NCBI RefSeq assembly: GCF_000143415.4
Contig: NW_003314348.1
Location: 310,422 to 374,421, forward strand
DNA length: 64,000 nucleotides
Direction: 5' to 3'
Source: Selaginella moellendorffii
Taxonomy: Eukaryota; Plantae; Lycopodiophyta
Position 1 is the first letter of the stretch. The number at the start of each line of letters is the position of its first letter. This document shows positions 1 through 12,400 of this stretch, piece after piece. A model generated the notes under the pieces. That model made no database searches, was not told the origin of the DNA, and worked only from the letters and a program-made list of their open reading frames with translations. A program made the position numbers and the translations under genes.

Positions 1-302
1 AGCAGCTAGGTGAACCAAAGACTATAGAGTTTGTTCAAGGTAGCCAAAGCACCAATGAGGTACTTCGACAAGCGAGAGTCGAAGTAGGGACATGGAAAGT
101 AGACATGGATTTCACCGTGTTGGACATGGCGGGATTTGACATGATCTTCGGAATGGATTGGTTCAATCGGTTCGTGGTAGCCCTGCATGGACAAGGTAGG
201 AACCTTGTGGTATTGGCAAATGCCCAAGGAAGAAGATCTAGGGTGGAGGCCTAGGATCTAAAGGTAGGGCAAAGCAAGGCCAAAGATTCCTACTTAAACC
301 TG

Positions 303-3300
303 GTGTCCATAAGAGGACAACTCACTAAAGGAACTAAGGCAGCCTTTTTGTGCTTACTCTCGGTGAAAAGCGACAAAAAAACAGGAACGGAAGAAGTACC
401 TTTAGTGATTCAGCGGGTGTTGGACCAATTCCAGAATACCATGCCAGAGGAGCTACCGGCGGGGTTGCCCCCCGCACGACCGATAGAACATAAGATTGAT
501 CTGGTCGAGGGTGCTGAGGTGGTGGTTCGTCCCCCCTATTGTTTGAACGAAAAAGAACTCAAGGAGCTCAAGTGCCAACTAGAGGAGTTGGTGGACAAAG
601 GGTATATTAGGTTAAGCAAGTCGCCATATGGGGCACCGGTGTTATTTGTGAAAAAGAAAGATGGATCTATGCGCATGTGCATAGACTACCGGTTGCTCAA
701 CAAGTATACAAAGAAGAATAAATACCCTTTGCCAAGAATTGAGGACCTGTTTGATAGGTTGGGAAAGGCAAAATACTTCTCGAGGATTGACCTCAGGTCA
801 GGATACTACCAGATCAGGGTAGCAGAGGAAGATGTCGAGAAGACAACCTGTCGAACCAGGTATGGGAGCTTTGAGTTTCTGGTGATGCCCTTCGGGCTAT
901 GCAATGCGCCGGCAACGTTTTTGGCACTGGTGAACCACGTCTTCGTACCCTATCTGGATCACTTTGTGGTCATCTATATCGACGACATCCTGATCTATAG
1001 CAAGATGCTAGAGAAGCATGCCGAACACTTGGCAAAAGTGTTTGAGAAAATAAGGGAACACAAACTGTATGCTAAAGAGAGCAAATGTGACTTTGCTCAA
1101 CAAGAGGTAAAGTTTCTCAGGCATGTGGTGGGCCAAGACGGGCTCAAGGTGGACTCGGAGAAGGTCCAAGCGATCTAGGAATGGGAGCGACCATCGAATG
1201 TACATGAGTTGAGGGCGTTCTTGGGGCTATGCAACTACTACCGAAAGTTTATCAGACACTATTCGAGAGTAACCCTACCCTTAACGGACCAAACAGAAAA
1301 AGGGAAGATGGTATGGACAGCGGAATGCGAGGTGGCATTCGTCCACCTCAAAGGGAAGTTGAGGAAGGCTCCCGTATTGGCATTACCAGACTTTGGTAAG
1401 GACTTTGAGGTAGAAACGGATGCTTTGGACTTTGCATTGGGCGCAGTTTTGAAGCAAGACAACCATCTAGTAGCGTTCTTCTCGAAGAAGTTGGACAAAG
1501 CTTAAAGGAAGTGGCCTGCCCACGAGAAGGAATTGTTTGCGGTGGTCAAGGCACTCAAGGAGTGGCAACACTACCTTGGGAGACACTTCAAGGTTTACAT
1601 GGACAATGTGGCAACGAAACACTTTTTGTCACAACCCGACCTGAGAGGGAAACAGGGTCGGTGGGCCAATGCCTTGGTCGAGTTTGATTGTGAGATTCTG
1701 TACAAGCCTGGGAAGAGCAACATCATGGTAGATGCACTGAGTCGAAAAGCGAGCTTGAAGTTGGCGATATCTAGTGCGACAGCAACCTTTTGGGACGATG
1801 TGCGGAAAGCATATGAGAACGATGGTCTAGCACAAGAAGTGTTGCTGAGGAATCTAGAGGCATGGGAAGCTCACCAGAGAGGTGGGCTGCCAACGGAAGA
1901 GAAAACGGGCTATGCAGAATGCAACAGACTCATCTATTACAAGGAAACAAGGGTGTATGTGCTAGAAAGGGAACTAAGGAAGGTAACCTTAGAAGAGTGT
2001 CATGACGGACCTCTTGCAGGACACAGCGGAGTGCCCAAGACGATGGGCTTACTCAAGAGGAAGTACCATTGGCCAGATATGGCTAAGGACGTCCAAAACT
2101 ATGTAAAGACATGTCCAACATGTCAGCAGGTCAAAGCTGTGACTAAGGCTAGTGGGGCCTTGTTGCAAAGCATCCCAATTCCAGATCGTCAGTGGAAATG
2201 TCTTATGATGGACTTCATCACGGGACTCCCCCCAAGCGAGGGGTTTGATGCGATATTCGTGGTGGTGGACCGATTTTCGAAAATGGCACATTTCATACTC
2301 ACCACAACGGAAGTGGATGCGGAAGGTGTGGTGAAGCTGTTCTTCGAACAAGTGGTTCGAGTGCGGGGAAGGCCGGAAGAGATTATCTCAGATCGAGATA
2401 AGATCTTCACTAGTAGGTTCTAGAGGACTCTCTTGGAACAGTATCGCACCAAGTTGAAATTCAGCACAACCTATCACCCACAGACAGGTATTGGGTATTA
2501 AGTCAAGTTTGATGGCACTAACACTTCTTGACAGACGGACAAACGGAAAGGGTGAATAGGCAGCTGGAGGATTATTTGTGATGCTATGTCTCGGGAGACT
2601 AGACCAATTGGGTAAGTCATTTGGGACTTGCGAAAATGTGTTATAACAACTCACCACATTCGAGTATCGGGGTGAGTCCATGGGAAGTCATCAATGGGCG
2701 AGCTAATGAAGGTCCTGTGGAACTCGGTGTGGCCGAGTATCATGGAGAGCTACCCGCGGTGGAGGCATTCACGACAGAAAGATTCAACATTTGGAATCTA
2801 GTGAGGGATTCCGTGGAATGGGCTCAACAAAGGTAGACCAAGTACGCGAACTAGAAGTGCCGGGACGTAGAGTTCCAAGCTGGGGAGAAGGTGTGGCTAA
2901 ACACCAAGAACCTCAGGCTACCAAGTGGGATCAGTCGAAAGTTGACCCAAAGGTAAAAATGCATGTATTCCTGTAAATGAATTGATCTTGAGTTCCTTAA
3001 GCAGGTTCGCGGGGCCTTATGAGATTGAGGCACGAATCGGTAAAGTGGCTTACTAACTCCAACTTCCTTGAGAGATGGGGAAGATGCACCCAGTGTTCCA
3101 CGTGAACTTACTCAAGCCGTACTTTGAGGATCCGCTTTGCAAGGACCAAGTAAGACCTTTACCTGAGGTCATCCAAGGGGAAGAGGAATACGAAGTCGAG
3201 GCCATCCTCAATGCGCGTAAGAGCAAGCGACAAGGATGCGAGGTGAGAGAGTTCCATGTGAAGTGGAAAGGATTTCCACACTGCGAAGCAACATGGGAAT

Positions 3301-3323
3301 CAGAGGAGAACCTAGCGATCTAG
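303..3323 (+). pseudogene. pol polyprotein (RT/RH/INT/chromodomain): one reading frame with several premature stops and two putative introns (2488-2534, 2953-3004)
   Basis: ORFs 303, 1209, 1533 share a frame; removing the 47-bp and 52-bp GT-AG segments joins ORFs 2621 and 3075 in frame. Confidence 0.9.
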
Positions 3324-3857
3324 TGGAGGAATTTCTGCAAGGTAGAACTCTATGTACTTATGCAAAGTTCAATTAAAGTATCAATTTGTAAAGTTGAGCA
3401 ATGGCATATGTTGGGACCCGAAGGCGCACCGAAGGTAAGCTAATTAGTATGGGTTAGCTAGGTCAACCAGGCATTAGGGCACTACGCTCGACTCCCCGTG
3501 GGGATGTCGAATCCGTAGACGTATTCTATGGAGGTTGGGTTCGAGTCCCAACCCCCTAGTAAAGCAAGGCTAGGTTCAAGTCCCGACCCCATACTAGGGC
3601 GTGGTGAGGTGAGGGGTATAGGGACACCTATACTCCGTTGGCATGGGCTCTTGGCCGGGGAGGCTAACTTAGGCACACCGCTAAGTGGGGGGATGCCCCC
3701 GGAGACATGGTCAACAAGTTGTAGGATAAAAAGAGACGTTCGATGTGGGCATCGAACTTCTTCGATTGGTGGTGGAATTGTAAGGAACCGACTCACTGAA
3801 GTGTCGTAGGCTAAAGGATCCCCAAAAGCATGACCGAAATGACAAAGAGTTCATTGG

Positions 3858-4132
3858 ATGGGACCGAGTCGAAGATCGAGTCCAAGACCAACTCTGAGAC
3901 CGAGTTCGAGATAGAGTCCGGGATCGAGTCTGAGGTCGAATCGGAGACCGACTTCGAGACCGACTTCGAGACAGAGTCTGAGATCCAAATCGGGTCTGAG
4001 ACCAAGTCTGAGGTCGAGTCTGAGGTTGAGTCCGAGATTGGGTCCAAGATCGAGTCCGAGATCGAGTCCGAGACCGAGTTCGAAGTCGGGTCCGAGATCA
4101 AGTCCGAGATCGAATCTGAGACTAAGTCCAAA
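3858..4132 (+). repeat. Degenerate 6/12-bp tandem array (GAGTCC/GAGATC/GAGACC) in chromovirus 3'UTR
   Basis: Visible repeats of gagtccgagatc-like units. Confidence 0.9.
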
Positions 4133-4187
4133 TACTAATATGGGTCAAGGGGTGAAAGCCCAAAGTGTGCGTCTCCTAGGGGGGGGC

Positions 4188-4921
4188 TGTAGGGGGTTCC
4201 AAAAGTATAGTAGGGATAGTGAGGTCCAGGAATCAGTCTTGAAGGAACTCTCCAGTGGTGCTTCCAAACTGACTTGAGGTTGAGACTGGGGCCAAGGGGC
4301 CTTGGGTGGGAGTGAGCATGGGCTTGGGTGGTGCCGGAGTGGCCACCCAGGGAAGTGCTCAAGAGCAGCTCCCACTCCCGAAAGGGAAACCGACTGCGGT
4401 GCTCCTGGTTCATGTGGAGTGGTGCCCCACTTGAGTACCTTGTGGCTCATTGGTCCTCGCCCTTCTTAGGGGCTTGGGCCTTCCCTTCGGGATGGAAGTG
4501 GGGGGGTAGAGGTACCCATACTGGGCTGTTAGGCCACGGTGTTTCGCCCCGACGTCCCGAAGTAAGTGCTGCACCCAAGGCTTGGGATTTAGAGGGTCCC
4601 ATGAACAAGTCTTGTTGTACCAAGGGGTGTTAGGAACATGGAGGCTTGGTGTGCTTGGCTACTTGTGCCTGCGGGGAGTGTAGCCGAACCTTAAGTCTAG
4701 TCTAACCCGGGGAGGGGGATTGGGAGAGATTTGGGAATCCGTAGATGAATGGCTAACACTCCGTTGCTCGTGCAATGAATAGTTGAAACCAAGTAGGACC
4801 AAGTAGGAGCTGGTACAATAGGTGGGAACCTTGGCGAGGGAACTTAGCACAAGCCAAGGTAGTGTTGGTCGGATAGACGAGGTAAGCTTGCAAATTGGAA
4901 AGGAAAAATTTGTGGCTTACA
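4188..4921 (+). repeat. 3' LTR of the chromovirus (about 734 bp)
   Basis: Starts TGTAG right after AGGGGGGGGC PPT; ends GGAAAAATTTGTGGCTTACA; next base resumes sequence collinear with 10883 onward. Confidence 0.75.
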
Positions 4922-6586
4922 GGTAATAGATAAGGCCCAAGGGACTAAGTCCTTAGCGAATGATGGATAGAAGGTGCTATCCAAATGTCCAAGGTTGCAA
5001 AAACGGGAGAAGTCCGTCTACCCGAATTGAACAAAGCCAAAAATGGAATTTTGGCAGAGCTAGTGATGGGCATATAATGGCCCATATATAGCAATATTAA
5101 TCTTGGTGTATGCGATTATAAAGTGAGCATACCCGGATTGAGGAACTACTCCCTAGGCTATCGGGTAGGTTCATCCCCAAGAATATTTGCTAAGGCATGG
5201 TAGAAAGTGCAAAGCTATCCTCCTGGTCTAGGGCCGAAAGAAACATGTGAGGGCAAAAGGCAAGTAGTAAAGGGATAGAACTAAACTATAAGAAGCGAAG
5301 GGCATAACCTAGGGTGGTTATGCAAGGTGGGAGTGGAGAATCAAATGGGTGCTTGAGTGTGTTACTACTAGCAACCGTGATGCTATGGAGAGTCTAAAGT
5401 ATAGAATTGTCCATGCTAGACCATATGGCAATTGAAAAGCTTGCGAAAGGAGAGGCCCTAACAAACTAAGGGATAGAGTTCCTTCAAGGTTCCCAAAGAT
5501 AATTCTAGCTAATGTAGTACTTAGAAAGCCAAGTGTAAATGGTTCATAAAATGTGCAAAATCAAAGTGGCACAGCAAAAGTGTGTTCTTAAAGTTTGCTA
5601 TAAGGAAATGCTATCAAGGTTAGGGAAGTAATTCCCGAGTGTTCAAAGGGATGACTTTGAATGAATGTCGATGGTCAAGGACTTTCACGCTTATGCATGA
5701 AACCATGTTACATTGGTTGGATGACTTGTTAAGCGAGAGTGGCAAGTCAGGGGAACAAATCCCCTAGTTGAAGGTGCTAACTTCAAAAGGGGTGGCCTAT
5801 AGGGCCGAGCATAGAGGAGTTCATGCATGATCACAGACTTGTCAAGTGAGAGGACTTGGCAGTGCAGAGCAACTAGGTTCCTAAGCTGTGATCTATAGCC
5901 CGCTTTAAGTACATGTTGGTGCACTAGCGTGGGGAGTCACGCTAGGCATCCAGGGTGATGCCGTCTGTAGATGCATATACGGAGGTTAGGTTCGAGTCCC
6001 AACCTTCTAATGCTTGGGTTCGAGTCCCAAATCACTAGGGCGTGGTGATGGTTTGGAATATGAGGACACTTATATTTCGGTGGACATATACTCTCAATGA
6101 GTAGATTGGCTTGGGCACACCGCCAAGCGGGGGATGCCCCGGAGTCGTGATGCACGATTAAATTGCTTAGTGTGGCTCGGCATATCTAACTTGAACATTT
6201 GGTGCGAGTGGCACCAAGGACGTGGTGAATGAGATGGGGACACCCAGTCTTAATTGCTATAGACCCTTAGCTGGAAGGGCTAGCTTGGGTGCACCGCCAA
6301 GTGTGGAGGATGTTCCTGGGGTAATGGTGAACAACTTAAAAGTCTGGAAGACCTAATGCCTATTGACAAACCTGTTAAGGTGCCAAGGTGTGATCACTAG
6401 GTGATCTTATGGCTAAAACAAGGATAAAGTCCTTGTGAGGTTAAGGGATAAAGTTCCTAATTCATAATGTTAGTTTGAACTATTGATGATGGTGTGGCTT
6501 GGTCAAGGTGACCAAGTGGGAAGAACACCTAAAGGAAATCATTTGTGACTATGCGATGTCATAGTGAGTCCGAAGAAAGTAGTCTC

Positions 6587-7596
6587 GATGCGAGTAGTCC
6601 TGAGTGAGTAGATGCGTGGAATGGTTTGATGGTGAACAGGGAATTTGAGAGAGAAGAAATCCCACGACTGTGGCAAAAGTGGATCGCGCTAGGAGTGGAG
6701 GCGGACCAGGTGATTGACAACACTGTGGCGTTCTGGAAACTACCGATCCAAGAAAAATCAAAGGTAACCTCTTGGCTCGTGGTGACGAATGGGCTGCCAG
6801 TAGGCCAGCGGTTTCAAGCGGAGAATGCTTGCAGGTGTTCGGACTGTGGGGAACTGGAGACGGTCACACACATCCTCTGGGATTGTGACGTGGCCAAGGA
6901 GACGTGGCGGCAGGTAGCAAAAGCGACGAGGGAACTAGGGGACAAGCAGGACTTCAAAATTCGAGAAGGGGATGTCACCCAATGGTTTCCAGAGACAAGG
7001 GGACCATGCACAGGAGCAGCTTGGCGGAGGATCTGGTGTTGGGGACGCTCAGGATGGGGCACTCAAGTTAGGTGGGATGCGGTAGGTGCCGAAGTTGGGA
7101 CCACAGTGTGGGAGGCCCTTGGACGGGAGAGATGGGAGGTATGGCGGGCTTCCAGGGTACAGGCACTTTGGGAGGCTCGGAACCGCAACCACTTCGAAGG
7201 GCAGTGCAGTCGGATTTCAGCAATCATGGCAAATTGGTGGAGGCTCACACTGGCTGCTATCCGCTTGAGGGATACGCTGCTTCAGGAGCATGGAAAAAAT
7301 AGGGAGGCGCTCACAGCTTGGCGACGACTATGGACTCCGTGCTACGGAACTGAACACAAGGGAGAGGTCAAGTGGAAATGGAGACCTTCGGACACGGTAA
7401 CAAAGGAGGCTCGACGTGGCAATCTGGCACTGGATGCACTGCGGAGGCAACGACCACAGCAGCCACGATTGGAGGGCAGCGGTCACTATTAGGTGGAGAA
7501 TTGCAGGACAGCGTAGTTGAGTGAACAGCACTAAGGGATCCTTTGTTTTTTGTATCAGTCCCTAAGGGACTTGGAGAAATGTACATACATGTTGCA
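6587..7596 (+). mobile_element. 5'-truncated non-LTR retrotransposon (LINE ORF2 C-terminus) insertion
   Basis: ORF 6626-7492 has zf-RVT-type CCHC motif CSDCGELETVTHILWDC and LWEARN; 17-bp TSD CCGAAGAAAGTAGTCTC at 6570-6586 and 7597-7613; empty site at about 12504-12520 and 15531. Confidence 0.85.
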
Positions 7597-8200
7597 CCGA
7601 AGAAAGTAGTCTCTATATAAGAGACCATGGGAGGGTCACAAAGTTGGGCCAGGGATAGAGCCCACAATAGAAAATCCTAAAGAGATGTATTAGGGGTGAA
7701 CACCTTCTGGACTTCTGGATACCTCGAGAATAAAGGTAGTGATACAATATTGCTAGGTGCAACAATCAAGGATAGGAGCAAAAGACTAGTGGCTAAAAAA
7801 AGAGCCATGGGAATCATGGGAAAGAATCCAAAACGCAAAGTTATGCCAAGAACACTATTGTTTTGGGTGCTAACGAATTATGGGAAAGGCAATGTGTTTC
7901 CAAGGATGGATTCCCAATTGTTTCGATTTGGCGAAAGTGGAAGTTCCAAGGTAGGGAGCGGTAAAGTAGCCAAATGATAGGGACGTGAACAGCCCTAACA
8001 CGAATTAGGATAATTGGAACTTGGTGCTAGAGGTTGCACAAAATGGAAAGAGGATGATGGGGCTGTCAAATAGAGAACTTCCAAAGATGGGGAAGTCGAA
8101 TTGCACAATATGTGCAATGCAAAGTGTCAGAAACACTTAAGAAATTGACTCTGACAAGTCAAATTTAAAAGTTCCAAAATACAAGTTTATATCAATGGGA

Positions 8201-8450
8201 ACTGAGATGGAGTCCGAGATGGAGTCCGAGATGGACCGAGACGGAGTCTGAGATGGACCCGAGATGGAGTCCGAAGTCAAGACCAAGACCGGGACCGAGA
8301 CCGAGACCAGGACCAAGATCGAGACTGGGACCAAGACCGAGACCGAGGCCAAGGCCGAGACCGAGCCCAAGCCCAAGTCCGAATCTGAGTCCGAGTCCGA
8401 GTCTGAGTTTGAGTTTGAGTCCGAGTCCGAATCCGAGTTTGAGTCTGAGA
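8201..8450 (+). repeat. GAGATGGAGTCC / GAGACC / GAGTCC tandem array upstream of PPT
   Basis: Visible 6-, 11- and 12-bp units. Confidence 0.9.
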
Positions 8451-8527
8451 GGGTGAAAGCTCAAAGCGTTCATCTCCCAGACCTTGGGGGGTTTGGTAAG
8501 CTCCAAAAGTATAGTGAGGGGGAGGAC

Positions 8528-9435
8528 TGTAGTGGAGCCAGTTTGGCCAGGAAAGGCCAGTTTGGCCCAGAAAGGCTGTACCCAGTTTTGGGTGATGAGT
8601 TGCCCACTAGGAAGTCCAAGATTAGAGTGAACTCGAACCGACAAGTTTGGTGAAGTGTTCAAGAGCCGGCTCTAGTTCCCCTGGGAGATCGATTGGCCGA
8701 TGCTCCCAGTCCAAGTGTGTGGCACTACCTACTTGGATACCTGGTGTGGCTCAATGGAACCTCGCTCTAAGCCCATAGCTAGAGCACCTAAAGGCAGAAG
8801 GCGAGGAGAGTACCCATGAGGCCTGCGTAGGGCCACGGTGTTCCAAAAATGTTGCCCCAAGGTTCCAGACTATGAAAAGGAAGAGAAGCTGTCCTATAGT
8901 GTAGAGATCAAGGATACGGTCATGTGAGGAGGAAGTCCCAGGGGATCGTGGGACTTAGTGGTCGAGCCTATGGGCCTTGATCCAGTGGCAGTGTTGGCAA
9001 ACACGGCCATGGGCAAAAAGGGACTTGGTGGGGACTAGAAAAAGGATATTGGGGAAGGCGAACCCCCATGTCTGTGGGCATCCTAAGGATGCTAAGGAGT
9101 GGATCGGGGATGATCACTCATGGATGGATGGCTTAGTCTTTGAGAGATGGGATTGTGATGTAGGTGGTGTTAGACCACCGGTGTGACCAAGGTGAAGGGG
9201 CATGGCCTTAGCGTAACGGGCTGATATGTCGGTGGTACCTTGGGGTGTCAGTCTTGGGATCGGACAAGTGGAGCACTTGGACCAAGTGCAAAGGTTGAGT
9301 GGCGGGGATGCCATTCTCGGGGCTAGCAAGCCCAAGTCCAAAATAATACTTATGGAGGTTGTGAGTGAGACTCCTTCAAGTGGTCGGAGGTGTGGTTAAA
9401 TGACTAAAGTAGAATGGAAAAATTAGTCGCTTATA
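8528..9435 (+). repeat. LTR shared by copies X and Y (908 bp)
   Basis: Preceded by PPT AGTGAGGGGGAGGAC; TGTAG...CTTATA (CA mutated); followed by PBS; aligns with 14206-15121 and 17105-18023. Confidence 0.85.
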
Positions 9436-9438
9436 ACT

Positions 9439-9450
9439 TGGTATCAGAGC
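9439..9450 (+). promoter_or_regulatory. Primer-binding site complementary to tRNA-iMet 3' end
   Basis: TGGTATCAGAGC 3 nt after LTR end. Confidence 0.9.
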
Positions 9451-12400
9451 TGTTCCTTAGTTTGACTTTTATTGGTGCTCAAGTATATCACCATTGATAT
9501 TGGCATCGGAAGGTCCTAGGAGTGGGCCTATCCTTGAGGAGTAGCATGTCGAGAAGACATGGCTCTCCACTCAAGTTCATGTGTGAACTTGGGTGCGATG
9601 TGGTGGATAGAAAAGAGGCCAGTAAGGGAACGACTTTAGGATCTTGGGAATAGTATAAGGGTTTCCTTAGAGAGTTAAGGATGTGATCCAGATGAGTGTT
9701 TGACGTAGCCAATTGGTTAATATAGTTGTGGTAAACAACTATAGTTGGGATCACGAGAAAGATAGAGACTCCAAAGCAATAAAGGAGTCACAAGATTATC
9801 CTCATATAATTGAGGTTGGTGCTCATGAATGTGAGACCAGAAGTAATGACCGCGGGAGGTCAAATACGGAAAAAGACATGAGTCCTTGAAATGGTAGCTG
9901 GGGCTACCTCTAATAAATGCTGGAACAACCCAAAGTGTTAGGGGTGTACTTAAAGGATGAGTTGGTATTCTCATCACATGGACAAGTGGTCCTAAAGGGC
10001 AAAAAGTTGCCCCAAGAGAACAAATCAAGTGTCGAAGTAACACTTGCGAAGATGGTCCTTGTGAGTAGGACTTGAATACAAGAAGTTGTATTTCAGTGAG
10101 TTGGCACCTCAAAGATAAGAACTCATGGGTCGTTGGATGACAAAGTCCAAAAAGCTAGATGACTCAAATAGAGTCAAGGAATAATCCTAAAGGATTGATG
10201 GAAGCATTTAGACTAAGGTGTGTTGTACCCCACGAAGGATAGGGGGGATCATAGGATCCAAAGATGAGAACAAAGGGTATCTCATCGATGGCAGAATGGG
10301 TCGTGGGAAAGGTGTTCCCCAAAAAAAAAAGCAACTTTGGCATAGAGTTGTGTGTGAACACTTTGGTGTAGTGCTAACTGATAGTGGGCATGAAAAATGA
10401 CTGCTTTGGTCTTGGCAAAGACCTAGACACAAGTAAGAAGTGTCATAGAGGTAGGTTTGTGGAGCCGTTGGTGTAGAGACACCAAATGTGCCAAAGTGAA
10501 ATACCTTGAGGTTATGTTAATGGGTTCATGGGAACCCCTTGCCAAGGGAATGGCATAGCCTAAGTTAAAAGGCATGTGGTTGAAGTGTAGTGACCCAGAT
10601 AATGATGAAGGTGTGGAAGCACCAAGCAATGAGTTGTAGGACTTGACAACTATGGGGCAACTAAACAAGAGGTACAAGATAATTGGTTAAACGGGTAGAA
10701 AGTAGCTACCCAAGACTTCTTAATGGCATAAGGAAGTTAGATATACCCTTACGGGGGATAAATTGCTTATGTTGCGATATAGTGAGTCAATGTCAAAAAA
10801 GGAAATGCTCATTATCAAGGAGACCATCATTGGGACACCCAAACACTCTGGAACACCAAGAGGTGGTGTTTAGTGTCGCGAGGGCAATAAATAAGGCCCA
10901 AGGGACTAAGTCCCTAGCGAATGATGGATAGGAGATGCCATCCAAACGTCCAAGGTTATAGAGACAGGAGGAATCCGTCTACCTGATTTGGACAAAGCCA
11001 AAAGTGGGATTTTGGCAAGGTTAATGATGGGCATATGGAGGCCCATAAGTAGCAACGGTAATCCCAATATGTAGGATTATAAGGTGAGCATGCCCAAATT
11101 GAGGAACCACTCCCTAAGTTATTAGGTAAGTTCATCCCTATGAATACTTGCTAAGGCATGGTAAAATGTGCAAAGCTATCCTCCTAGTCTGGAGAAGAAT
11201 AACTAAAGGAAACATATGGGGCCAAAAGGCAAATAGTATTGGGATAACGATGGTTATGCAAGTTGGGAGTGGAGAATCAAGAGGGTGCTCGAGGATGTTG
11301 TTACTAGCAACTACAGTGCTATGAAGAGTCTAAAATGTGAAATTATCCGTGTTAGACCATATGGTGAGTAAGGAGTTTGCCAAGGAGAAGTCTTGCAAGC
11401 TAAGGAACAGAGTTCCTTAAAGGTTCTCGAAGACAATTCTAAGTAGATAAGTACCTAGAAAGCCAAGTGTAAATGGTTCTTAGAGCGCGCGAAATCAGAG
11501 TGGCATAGAAGAAGCGTGGTCTTGAAGCTGGCTATGAGGCGAGGCTATCAAGGTTGGGGAAGTAGTTCCCAAGTGTTCAAAGAAAGGGCTTTGAACAAAA
11601 GTCGATGGTTAAGGACTTTCACGCTTATGCATGAACCATGTTACGATGGCCGAATGAGTTGTTAAGCGAGGTTGGCGAGTCAGGGGAACAAATCCCCTAA
11701 TTGAAGGTGCTAACTTCAAAAGGGGTGGCCCATGGGGCCGAGCATGGAAGAGTCCATGCATGATCATAGACTTGTCAAGCAAAAGGACTTGGCAGTGTAG
11801 AGGAACTAGGTTCCTAAGCTGTGATCTATAGCGCACTTTAAGTATAAGTTGGTGCACCAGTGTGGGGAGTCACGCCAAACATCCTGTGCAATGCCATTTG
11901 TAGATGCATATACAGATGTTGGGTTTGAGTCCCGACCCTCTAGTGCTTGGGTTCGAGTCCCAAATCACTAGGGCATGGTGATGGTTTGGAATATTAGGAT
12001 ACTCATATTTCGGTAGTCATGGACTCTCAGTGAGGAGATTGGTTTAGGCACACCGCCAAGCGAGGGATGCCTCGGAGTTGTGATGCATGGTTAGATTACT
12101 TAGTGTGGCTCGGCATATCTAACTTGAACACTTTAGTGCGAGTGGCACCAAGGATGTAGTGAGTGAGATGGGGACACCTAATCTTAGTTGCTATAAACCC
12201 TTTGCCGTAAGGGCTGGCTTGGGTGCACCACCAAGTGTGGGGGATGCCCCTAAAGTCATGGTGAACAACTTAAAAGTCTAGAAGACTTAGTACCTATTGG
12301 CAAATTTGTTAAGGTGCCAAGGTTAGATCACTAGGTGATCTTATGGCCAAAACAAAGACAAAGTCCTTGTGAGGTTAGGGGATAAAGTTCCAAGTTCAAA

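Larger units (their letters stand above)
1..4921 (+). mobile_element. Ty3/gypsy chromovirus LTR retrotransposon, 3' part (protease end-RT-RNaseH-INT-chromodomain, 3'UTR, PPT, 3' LTR); inactivated by nonsense mutations
   Basis: RT motifs ([40 protein letters not shown]); RNaseH (ETDA..ALGAVL); INT HHCC zinc finger and core (MDFITGLP, SDRD, YHPQTDGQTE); chromodomain EYEVEAIL..VKWKGF..EATWE; PPT 4178-4187; LTR TG..CA. Confidence 0.95.
4922..9435 (+). mobile_element. Non-autonomous LTR element (LARD-like) copy X, 3' part, interrupted by the chromovirus and a LINE fragment
   Basis: 4922-6586 collinear with about 10883-12520; 7597-8200 with about 12505-13140; ends in tandem array, PPT and LTR. Confidence 0.8.

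Noticed and set aside
3533-3600. Genuine tRNA gene
   Set aside because: Only a T-arm/B-box; no convincing D-arm, anticodon arm or acceptor stem
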